NCBI GenBank assembly: GCA_964199315.1
Contig: OZ116711.1
Coordinates: 4,960,001 to 5,024,000 of the forward strand
Direction of reading: 5' to 3'
Length of the DNA: 64,000 nucleotides
Source: Orbicella franksi
Taxonomy: Eukaryota
Shown here: positions 24,001 to 36,000 of the stretch, piece after piece
Position numbering within the stretch: the stretch's first letter is position 1
How the letters are laid out: each line of letters opens with the position of its first letter
Notes under the pieces: generated by a model
Database searches by the model: none
What the model saw: the letters and a program-made list of their open reading frames with translations, nothing else
What the model was told of the DNA's origin: nothing
Position numbers and translations under genes: made by a program

Positions 24001-27000
24001 TCGCTGATGCAACCTGGCTCGCCAGGGAGCGTGGTGTTTGTCCCATGAGCTGGAAGCCGTAATGTAGCGTGCGCCGCGTCTTCCGGTTGGAATGCCACTT
24101 GGTCGTACGGGAGCCTCACGGACTAGAGTGAATCAAAATCAAGAGCGCTTTAATTTTTTTGCCGCGGTTTTTAGTTCTTTGCGTCCAGCAAAATTATCTT
24201 TCCTTTGTATGTTCGCAATATCGCGGAGAAATGAGCTTTTACATCCGATAGCGTCTTGAAAAAGTCCAACATCCAAATGGGTGAAGTCGCAAAGTTGTCT
24301 TAATTTGATAATCAACCTTCTCCTGATCTCTCATAAGCAACAACTTTTCTGACAAGCTCAAGACAAGAACTAATTTGTGTAGTCAAACTTAAATCTAGCT
24401 TACTGTTGTCTTGTACGACATGAGAAGTGAATTTTTGAAAAATGCTTAAATACTCTACAACAAACGCAGCCTTAAGAAATTGATATATGCTGAAAGGTTT
24501 ATGACATTTTTGCATGATATGAGGTATAAACGTCGCATGTAACAACACTGTATTGTCTTAGTAAGTCGTAAGACATGAAAATTGAATTCTACTCACCAAG
24601 AAGATATCCATAAAGCTCGACTCTCATAGAAATATGAGCACGCCAACTTACTGGATGGAACTTGACAAATCGAGCAACGACGGGGCGTCGGAAAAAGTGC
24701 TTTACGACAGTGTTTCTATCCTTATTGCCACGGAAAAGCTATGAAAAAATAAAAGCAGACATAGATAAGAATAGGTTTGCAAGACAAAACTATCTCCCTT
24801 TTTTTATTTTTGTGAACAATGTTAACGCCCTTCGCAATAGTTCGCTTTTTCTTCGTTGTAAATCAGCTATCCCAAGAGCTAAGCTAAGAATCGCGCATCT
24901 TATTCTTCATTTTTCTCGTTAGAAATCCGTCTTTCCAATCTTTTCCAAACTAAACCACGAGGAAGGCGAAACGTTAAGGCTCTTCCGATGTTTATTCCTG
25001 TAATTACATTCATAAATAAACTTACCTTGTTCCATTTTAGTTTACTACTAACTCTTCGAAAATGGTCTATTGTGGATTTGAAAATGACTTTTCAATGCGT
25101 ATTGAAAGAGACTACGTTGGAACTCTTGACTCCTGTAACAGTTCAGCACAGTAGTAGAGAGCACTGTAAACACACCTTAGGTCTTCTCCTCTCGGTATAA
25201 TAGCGGAAATAGATTCCGCCTTTGCTGTATGATATTCTAAGACTTGTCACCCACTGGCTGTAATCCTGCCGGCCCTGAACAGCGAAGCCAACAACACGAG
25301 CTAGCTTAGTGATGTCAACCAGCAGCCATTGCGCGCGATTGTTAGAGCGGGCGCACCACGCCCCTGTCAACCTTCCCCGTCGGGGGATGTTCAGACGTGC
25401 ACGCTTAGGACCATGGTTTCTGTTCCAGCTGGATGAAGCACTGAATCCTCCATCCGGGATACGGCGGTCCTCGACTCCAAGAGCCAAACGAGAAGGCACT
25501 GGTAATGGACAGAGAATGCACGTTGGTCAGAAAAATACGTCCGCAATGCGTACGCATTTCCTATTTTGAGCTCGTGTACAAACATTAAAGTACACGACTA
25601 ACAGTAATCACAGAGTACAGAAGGACAATGTTCATACTTTCATGTTCAGGTGCTGAGAAAAACAGTCTTACCAAATTAATAAGGAACATTTTCCAAGCTG
25701 AAAATCAGTAATGCTTTTTAAAGTTTAAAGACCTGAACTTTTACTTGAGTAAATCGCAAATTTTTGGTTAAGGTGGCCGAACACAGTTTTCGCGCGCGCT
25801 TTCGTTGATGCAATTCAGCGCGCGCACAAGGATTGCAAAACACAAACATGCCGTCAATAGAGCGATCATTTTATTTACTCAACACCCGCAGTATATGTGC
25901 TATTTTTCTCTATAATTGAACGCAGTGTATTGATGGCTTTAGTCTTTTATCACAAATATATGTTAGAATAGGTAAAGATGCAAAGAACTCAGCAATTCTC
26001 AGCTAAATGCAGCGCATGCGTAGTAAGTCAAAAAATTGCGATGGAATGAAAATTTGCACTCTTGGAAATACGCCTATTTCTCGAGAACCACTCATTAGAA
26101 TTTCACGAAATTTGGCACGAAAATACTTTAGGAAATAAAAAACCGGAGTATTGAAAATAATTGAACTTTAACAAAGGAAACTCTAGATATTGAAGTAAAC
26201 CTTCAACAAGGGATAATTAAAGATTTCTCTGTTAAATTATTAGCAAAATGGCGTTAACTTGTGAGAATCGTTACAAGCATGTTGCATGCAAATTATAAAG
26301 AAAATCTAATGACTAGATTTTCTACAAATAAACAAAACCGATTTTAAAGGCCCGTTTATTTTTATTCGTGTCGCCATGGCAACGGCACATACGTCAGCTT
26401 AACCATCAGAAAACCAAAGTTTGTGTCGTTAACCTGCTTGCTGCCATTTTTGACGACCGAGAGATCAAGGGTTTTAGAGAAAAAGGTGAATGAAACACAG
26501 GTATCAAAAACTGTGTTCAGCCACCTTAAGGTACATGCCTTAAAATACCTGTACTTCGAACACCAAATTAAACAACGAAAGCTCTATAATGGTCTCTTTT
26601 CTCTATAACTGAGCAACGCTTAAACATTGCCATAGGACTAAAGAGTAAACAACAACAACAAACACGGTACACAAAGCCTGTTAGACTTTATTAAGTAACG
26701 TACCAGTAGCTCTTCCATAGAATTCTACTCTCATGGAGATGTGATTAACCCATCTGACGGGGTGAACACGGATAACTCGCGCCTTTATTTTGGGCCTCAA
26801 TAAGTGCATTACAACTGTGTTTCTGTCTCTGTTTCCTCTGAAATACTAAACATAGAGGCAAAGGGAGTGAGAACAGAGCATGATGAGGGACCGCAGTAAA
26901 AATCATTACATTTACAACGAAGAATTTCCGAAAGGAACACCTCTAGACCTCAAAGAAATTTTTCTCAACGAATTGTCAGCAAAATAAGCAAAATAAGAAG

Positions 27001-30000
27001 CGAGAGGGAGTCAAAGTAAATAACAAAATTCTCTACTTTTATAGGCCCCTACGGTTTTGGTATGATCGCAATTATTAAAGATCAAAATATGTCGAATCCA
27101 AACGTCAGTCCTTAAGCTACTCTAAAAAGTGTGTTACGACTTCTTCGCTAACGCAGCACAAATTTCTTTACAGACTAATTTTCAACTATGTTTTTACCTT
27201 TGTTCTGCCATTCTTCCTGTATTTAGCAAAGTAAGTACCGTCCACACTGAATGACAGATAGTACAGAGTCACCCATTGGTTGTAGTCGTTTCTTCCTTGG
27301 GTTGCCACGGCAACTATTTTCTTAGCGCCTCTGAAGTCCACCTGCAGGTATTGCCCGCCGTTGTTTTTCTTTGCGCACCAGGCCCCGGCGTACCGTCTTC
27401 GTCTCGGTCGCTTAAGCCTGCCTAGCCAAGCAGCGTGGTATCTGTCCCATCGTGATGAGGCTGTGATAGCTCTGTTGGGTATGCGACCGTTTTGTAGTCC
27501 AAGAGGTTTAGGAGCCGCTCGCCTGACACCTAAGATAACAACATGAAAATTAGAGAACACATTGTCGAGCAACTTGTCATTTGCAGTTCAGGAGTCACAC
27601 GAAAATAAGTAGAGTTAATTTTTAAGCTGAGAATTCTTTTAGCAGGTTAGCCAATTACAACCCTTCTTCAAAACCTAAACGAGCTAGCTCCAGAATTCTC
27701 TGGGGCTAGAAGCAATGCTCAAGTCGCCAGTATCTTGGACACAACAGGAGGGGGAAGGAGGAATGAAAGAACTCCTCCTCTCTCTCAAACCCGCAGGTAC
27801 CTTTCATCGATAGCTTATTCCACAATCAAGGTGATCAACTCACAGAATAAGAGGAGGGCCTCCAGACGAGAAAATCGGGTCATTGCAAAGCCAGAACAAC
27901 CTACTAGTATCTCTTTTACATGTTATTTCACGCCAATGTTCATTGAAACTTTAAGGAGCGGAACTGTAAAACCATATTGGGAACATAACTCCATACCAGC
28001 CCTCTGTCCGTAGAGCCCAATCCTCATGGAGATATGTCCGTACCACGTGATTGGATGGAACCTGACATATTTCGTGAAAAGAGGTCTTTGAAGTCTGTGA
28101 GACACCTGGCTATTACGGTCCCTATTTCCTGGGAATACCTGCAATAAAAGAACAAAGGGAGAGATGGGAAGGTTAACTACGCTTCTGCAACAGACTCCTC
28201 CCCGCCGGATTGCGTCGTTCAGCGACTCGTTCTTCGCTTGCGTGTTTGACTTAAAGGTGAGTCTACGGGAAGGCTAATTATTTCAACTGCTGAATATTGT
28301 TTCTAGCCTTATTTGACGTTTACCCTGCTTTCTTTCTATTTTCTCATGGTTTAATCTTCTAATCTCTGCCACTTCTGATCGTCGTTGTGATATCTTAGGG
28401 ATATGTCAAGAACACACACCAGTTCGCAAGTCAAACGTTTCTCACCAGTTTATGGTTGACTTTGTGCATCTTGCAGGGCCAAGGTACAAATTTGACAAAT
28501 CTACTCAAATTTCTGTTTGAAAATTACGTGATAGGAATGCCTCTTAAATATTTGCTCTTTAGGCTTTCAATCACCTAGTGCTTAAAAAAACACCAAATGG
28601 TTCAGTGAAGTTTTAACTCTATGTTGGAAAGGTTCAACAGAAAAATTCATCTAACTCAGATAACTCAGATAGTGAGTAGCGTAGCCAATAACAGAACTAC
28701 ATTCGTGATAGAACGCTACTACATTTATACTAAACTAAAATAGTCACCTTCATTCGGCCGTTTTCTCTGTACGGACGGAACGTGCGTCCATTCAAGCTAT
28801 ACGATATGCTGTAACTTGTCACCCATTGGTTGGCATCCTGTCGACCTTGCGTCACCACACCGGTAATTCTTGTTTTGTGACCCAGTTTGACCTGTATCCA
28901 CTGTCGCTTGTTGTTCTTCCTAGCAGACCAGGCTCCTCGGTGGCGTTTATTCGCCACAGTGTTGAGTCTCGCCCTATCGGCGCGATGGTACCTGTCCCAC
29001 TTACTGGAGGCCGTAAACGCCCCGTTTGGAATCTTGCCATCTTCTAAACCAACTTCCACGCTGTATTTAGCTGTCGGAAAGTAGCGCAGTGAAAATATTA
29101 AGCACACTTTCAATTTAGCAGCCTTACCCTAAAGGAGAATCCTCATTTTACGAAACATCGATTTTTCGCAACGCTCGATTATTCGAAACAAATCTTTGTC
29201 CCCTTGGCAAAACAGTTAGGAACAATTCACCCTCGATGTTACGTACCTCCAGCTTTCTCGAACCAATTTCCGATCCTCTAGACGGTTCGAAAAAGCGGAA
29301 TTACAAAGAAAACAGCAAATACTTACGTAAGGTGTTTCCATAGAATTCAGCTCTCAATGACATATGTCCCACCCAAGCAATGGGATAAATTCGTACATAT
29401 CGTGCCTTGATTGGTGGATCGAAAACGTTCGACTTGACTGTGTGTTGGTCTTTGTTTCCAGGGAAGACCTGAGGGTGGAAGTTAATAAACACAATTTAGT
29501 TTTATTATTCTCTTCGGATATCTCATTTAGACAATAGACGATTGGTGATAGATCTCTCCTTTGACATTGGACAACGAATGCATACATGTATTCATAAACT
29601 CTAAGATTAACTTAATTACGACGTTCAGTTAGGGCTGAGGTTTCCAAAAAAGTGGCGGTTGAAGCTACAATCATGGACAAAAGTCTTGGGACAATTTTTC
29701 ACACACGCCAGACAAACACCTGCCTAGACTCTTCCCTCACCTTACAAACAAGGCTGAAAACTAGCACCTGTATATTTTCCTGATCGTCTACATTATATTG
29801 GGTGGGGGGGGGGGGGGGGAGGGGAGGGGATACAGAAACGCGTTTTTAAATGTATAACAGCGCTTTTTCAAACTTCAGTTGTAAAACACAGAAAACACGT
29901 TGCATTACACCAGTTTCCCAAGGACTTTTCTCCTCCATTGTAGCTGGTCAGAAATATCTGGCACCCCAAAAAGTACGGAACCAAAGTGTTTTGTAAAAAC

Positions 30001-33000
30001 GTCAAAAGACATACATATTAAACTTTATCGCCATTTTTCAGCAACGATCTACGCTGATCATCGCTCAAAACATCAGCTTTCCAATTTCACTTAGGCGGTT
30101 AAAATCTATTAGTTCACGATGTACAATATTAAAGTTACCTTACCTGCACTCGACTGTATTTCCTGTAAGGTGTCCAATAGAAGGCGTCAGCGCTGTATTT
30201 GATAATGTATCGTGTTACATACTGTCTGAGGTCGGACCGTCCTTGTGTCGCGACCTTGACAATTTTTCTTGGCCGCCTAAAGTCAAACTGTATCCACTGT
30301 CCTCGTTTGTTTACTTTAGCAGACCATCCACCACGGTAGTGCCCGCGTTTTCTGTTGTACAGCCGCGCTAACCAGGCGGCGTGGTATTTGTCCCAGATGC
30401 TGGACGCTGTTATGTAGCGGTTGCTAAGACGGTTGTTGGAAAGGCCAAGAGGCTTGGCAACAGGGCGAGGCCCTGGAAAATACAAATCAGTATTGTGAAG
30501 CCGCTATCTTAAAAGGACTTTGTATGTTGGTTGTAAAGAAAAATAGGACCGTTTTGCGATACGTAGTTAACATGAATAAATCACAATACGCTCGTGATAA
30601 GTCTTCCCAACACTGAAATAAATCTAGACCAAAGTTTTCGCAAAGCAAAACAAAACTTTAATATTTTCTCTGATAAAACTAATTTTCAAAGAATATAAAT
30701 TCAAATTATCTGACAACAAAACCACACCAGTTCACATACTTATGCCTTTTCTTTACTTACTCAAATATTTTCCATACAACTCCACCCTCATAGACATGTG
30801 TCTGTACCAGGACTGCGGGTAAAAACGCAAATATCGAGCTCTGATGGAGGGCACAAGAGCATTTCTGACCACAGTGTTCCTGTCTCGATTACCGCGGAAT
30901 ACCTGGGATCGAGATAGTTCAAAAGACTAAAATGAATCTTGAAAAACACAAAATTAACGCAGAGAAACTAAGGCTATGTTCACACTACGCCGAAGAAATT
31001 TGAAAACGGTGTTTTCACTCTGAAAATGCATCAAATGTTTTCCGCCCACACTGCGCCGGAGAAATTTGAAAACCCAACAGTTAGCGGTCATTTTGTACTT
31101 GTATTTGAGGAAAACTTGGGGAGGGAAATATCATGATTATCGCAATGTCATCGTTTTCGTAAACCTTCGTTTTCGAAAAATGTGCACTTCACACAGGGGA
31201 AAGATTTATTTCATCTGTAGTGATAATTAAATATCTTGTAAACATTCTTTACCCCTCTTCGTCCAGGTCGATAATTTCGGAATCGTATCCCATCGTCACC
31301 ATACATTACTCTGTAACTTGTCACCCATTGGTTAGCGTCTTGGCGACCTTGGATTGCGGTAGCCACGATACTCGCACGAGTGCGGAGGTCAACCTGTGAG
31401 GAAAAATTCACAATTTGTTAAAGTAAGGTAGAGTCTGCGTCGGGGCAAGTGGTCCATACCGTCATAACTTATTCGGGTTTCCGTAGAATTAATCTACTAG
31501 AAATATTTCTACTCCCCCTGATAAAATGCTAGTCCATCACCGGTACCCATTTATACACCTGGGTTTCTTGCCCGAGAGCACATCACATTGTACCTGGCCA
31601 GGGGCCCGTTTCTCGAATGTCCTGAGAAGTTTTCGCAACCGGAAAGTCGTAGCAAAATCTCAAACCTTATGAACACAGAGCCATTTTATTCACATATTCT
31701 TCATATGAACAGGGTTCCCTTTATACAAGTAGTTACAAATTAACTAAAAATGGCTTTGCACGCCGAAAAGTTTCCGGGGCTTTCTAGAAACTGGTCCAAG
31801 GGCTCGAACCCGGACTGATGATAACGCCATTACAATGAGCACGCAATTATAAGGTTCAATAAGGTTCACTATTTCGAGTGCTGACAACAATCTACTAGCT
31901 CTCTCGGTAAAGAGTGGGTTTTTAAATCGTAAAAAAACACCAAACAAGCTACAGAAATACTTGTCTCCAAATTAACTCAATAGCGTGCGTATACTTCTTT
32001 GAGGTACGGTTACTAATCTTCTCTAAGTCAGTCACTAACCTGTAGCCACTGTCCTCGGATATTTCTTCTTGCCGACCAAGCTCCCCGGAATCTTCCTGAC
32101 TTACATATATGAAGTCTTCCTCGCGAGGCGGCGTGGTATCGGTCCCATAAACTCGAGGCACTTAGAGCGCTATCACGTATTCTCTTATCACTGACACCAA
32201 GAGGAAGTCTTGATACAGCTACAAAAATAAACAAGGCAGCGTAATTGTAAAGCATTGTTTCCATGCAACTTATTTTATTGCAGATGAATGTAAAATTGAT
32301 TCTGTTTTTTTGAATGAGTAGAGTCTTATAAGCAAGAAAATAGACCAATGAGCACTCGTCGACGCAAATACACGTGACCAGCGCCGAGCGCCCGAAAACG
32401 CACTTGACAAAAATGCGATTGGTTTTTAATTGTCTTGAATCTGATTGGTTGATTAAGTGGCGTGAGTTTTTTAACCAATCACAGAGCGAAGAAAAGCCAA
32501 CCCAAAACATTTCATGATCAATTTCGATCCTCAATGGAAAGTCACTCTAACAATTTATTTTGAAATGTTTTGGTTTGATTTTTGTAAGTCCTTAACTCTC
32601 ACCAGTTCTGTGTCCATAGAATTCAGCCCTGAGCGAGATGTGTCCTCTCCAGCCGACTGGGTGAATGCGGATGAAACGTGTCCGGATTGCCGGAGACAGG
32701 CGCCGTCTTACAATTGTGTTCCTATCTCTATTTGCACGGAAAATCTAACAACAAGCAAAACAAAATTGGTTATAGCAAGGGACCGTAAAAGTCCGATAAT
32801 AAAGTCCCACGAAATAAGCCAGCTCCCAAAATGTCACATAATAGCTGCCAATCCCTAAATTTTAACCAATCTTTGGGTATTCTTGTCCCCTCTCCTCCCT
32901 CCCTCTTGGTATGCTGGTTTCTCGGTAAGTATTCAGTCAGGTAAGTTATTCCCAATGATATCTTTCAACGTGAAGGTGCCAGTTAGCGGCCGCTTGTTTG

Positions 33001-36000
33001 GGTGGTTCCCACTTCCAGGGTTACCATGGACACTTCTCTTCTGCATATTGCATTTGGCACCCCGCTTACCTTTTAGGCACCAGTTCCCAAGCTCATCTAT
33101 TTGAGATGAGTTTAACGGTAATTTCTGTCACAGGTTTATGTCACGTCGATCGTAGCGTAATATGCCCGCCAACTGGCAGAAACCAGTACTAACATTTCTG
33201 ACTTACCTTTCGGCACAAATAGGGCACAAAGTTGATGCCATCAAACCCGTATGACAGATAGTATCTTGTCACCCATTGGCTGGCGTCCTGACGACCTTGT
33301 GTAGCAACAGCTAGTACCTTGACTGGACTGGTGAAGTCGACCTTAAGCCATTGGTGAGGATTGTTATGCTTAGCTGACCAGGCTCCTATGTAACGACCGC
33401 GCCGAGAAATTTGAAGCCTGGCACGATTTGGTCCATGATAGCGATCCCATTTAGAGGAAGCTGTGATCGCTCGGGATGGAATACGGCCATTCTTCATTCC
33501 TAATGGTTTGTATTGTTGTGATACTGAAGAAGAAAGAGCAGCGGTATAGTTAGGTAGGGCCAACTAAGGAATAAAAATTACCATGGTGATTGCACGTTGT
33601 TACTTAAGCCAGTTTTCCAGAACTTAGCACACTACCTGGTCAATAGACCTTTCCCACATTCCAACAAACAACGACGCCGAGGCCAGGTCAAGGTGGACAA
33701 AAATACAGCAAATGTATGAAAATATCCACCCCAACCTCACTCTAGTGCTATTGTTCGTATACTATTGTACATTATATACAGTGGTTGTGTTTGCAAATGT
33801 ATGGAAGTCAGAAACCTAACGTGTGTGACTTTAAAATTACTAAGACTGCTAATTTTAAGACTACTAATATGTAAAGGTAAATTTTTGTGAACGTTTGAAA
33901 GTTTTAAAAATCAAGATTTATGACGATAAGTTGTTGAAATAAAAGCTGCCATTCAACATCCAAATCTTTAAAATGCTTTCACTTTTCTTTTCTTTCCGAT
34001 TTCCATTAACTTAAACATAAATGGTCTCTCAATTGACAGTTTTACTAATTTCATCTAATGGTTTGTCCCATTTCTGAGGTTCAATTTGTTCCACGATCAT
34101 GGTGTAGGAATGAGTGACATCACAAACCTCTTGTCCAGCCACCCCTGGTGATCTGTGGAATGCATTTAAGTCTTCTGTTCTTCGGATGGCGTTCATTTGC
34201 AGCATAGCATAGTCCTTTGATGATGCAGTTATTTCTCTGTGTTCATAGAACAAATCAGAATAAATTTAAGTGAAGAGTGGAACAGGAAACCTGAGACAAC
34301 AGATCGAACCGAACCCGGAATCAAGCTGGAAATTCCATAGACATGAAGTGGTTATTCTAAAATCTGGCTGCTGTCTCTGATAAAGCCTTAGATTTTACAG
34401 TGTGCCCGTCTTTCTGGCATGCTATCAGTAATAAAATATTGCGGAACCAGCTTTCCGCAAGAACGTTTGAATTACCGCTGACACACTCTCCACGCGCTTG
34501 GCCCTGATAACTACAGGCCTATCTATCATTTATGAAACCAGACAGCAGCATCTGAACACCAACAAGAATAACGCAATACCTTTCGCCAGCAGAGCCCATT
34601 TGATAAACATCTATGGCAGGCCGAGTCGTAAATAATCAACTTAAGACGATTGCTAAGCAAGACACCATTATTTGAAATGGCCACTAACACTCTCAGGGGT
34701 AGGCCGCGAAGCTTTCTCGCTGTGGGAAACTTGAAAGGAAGTTTACATCTTGCTTCCCTGAAACTCTGCAAATGGCCGTGGTTCTTCCTTTGCGCACCGA
34801 TACCATGCCATCTGCGACGCAACAACTGAACAGGAAAATGAAATACATTGTGGTCAGTAAAAATAGAAAACATTTTTAACCGCGCGACCACGGGTCGAGC
34901 GCAGTTCTTGCTTCGCCAGGAACCAGGCTCTCACTCCCACCCTCCCACTTCGCAGCATCAGATGTTTTATGAAGCTGCCAGCAGTTGCTTCTTCTGGTTT
35001 AGCCAGTAAATAGAGTCACTGTGTTGCTGCTGTTTGGCTAGTGCTGCTTCATAGAACTGTTTTCTATCGATTCGAGATAGTGTAGTTTAAATTTCACCGC
35101 GCGGGGTTAAGCTTCCTGTTTTTTTTTTTTTTTTTACCCTAGCGAGTGGGTTGGTGCGGTTGGGTGAAAATTCAATACTGGTGACTCTGTGGCTCTGATG
35201 TGTAATTAAGTGTAGAAATCCTTACTTCTTGTAGAGGAGAAACACCTGAACCGTGCAGTAAGATTTAGAGGTAATCGATACATAAAACTTTAATAAACCT
35301 TGCGTTTGGTCTTATTCAGCATATAAGTAGCTTCAAAGGTTTTCATAAAATCAAATAAGGCCAACACTAACAATCATTCTGAGAGCACGTTATGCATTTT
35401 AATCTTCCCCTCTTTTTAACCATTGGTATTATACTTTAAAAGTAAATGTGATGCTTTTGCCAACGTTACACATCTTGATATGTACATGTTACCAAAAAAC
35501 TTAGGTATTTACACTTCCAAAAAATACAGATACCTTGGGTAACCTATTTAAAATCGTAAAAAAATAAAACGAACACCAAAAACAACAACAACAGATATTC
35601 GAACTCTTACCCGAGCTTTCTGTATGTGACAGCTCACGTGACCTTCCCAGAAACCTCTTCCGTACACACTAGCAAATCGGCAAGCACGCTTCCTCAGGTC
35701 ACACACTCCTTTAGACTGCAGTCCTTGCAGCTTCGGAGGTTTTCTTTTATCTACCGAACAATCACTTGAACCATAACCGCGATAGCAGCGACATTTTCCG
35801 TTCACGCATCGTCCTCGCTTATTGCAGTTGTCTGGACAGAGTTTTGCCAGGATTTTTGTGTTAGGGACAAGGCGACCTTTCTTCTTCTTGTAGTTTTTGG
35901 GATTAACAAGAGCTGCGGTTTTACAAGCGTCTTGGAGACTGGATAATGCTGACTTGGCCATAGATAGCTTTCCTGAAATCTAGTATTACCAAAAAAAAAG

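Noticed and set aside
33524-34127. Possibility that the Cys-containing and Cys-free arrays are two separate genes
   Set aside because: The exon 34236-34128 (RNNCIIKGLCY...) bridges them with matching phases, and I saw no stop, start, signal peptide or polyadenylation context in between. Transcript data are still needed to confirm.
35972-35974. Alternative acceptor (ttcag|GA) for the EGF exon
   Set aside because: It is out of phase with the upstream phase-0 exon; the acceptor at 35980 gives the in-frame ISGKLSM.
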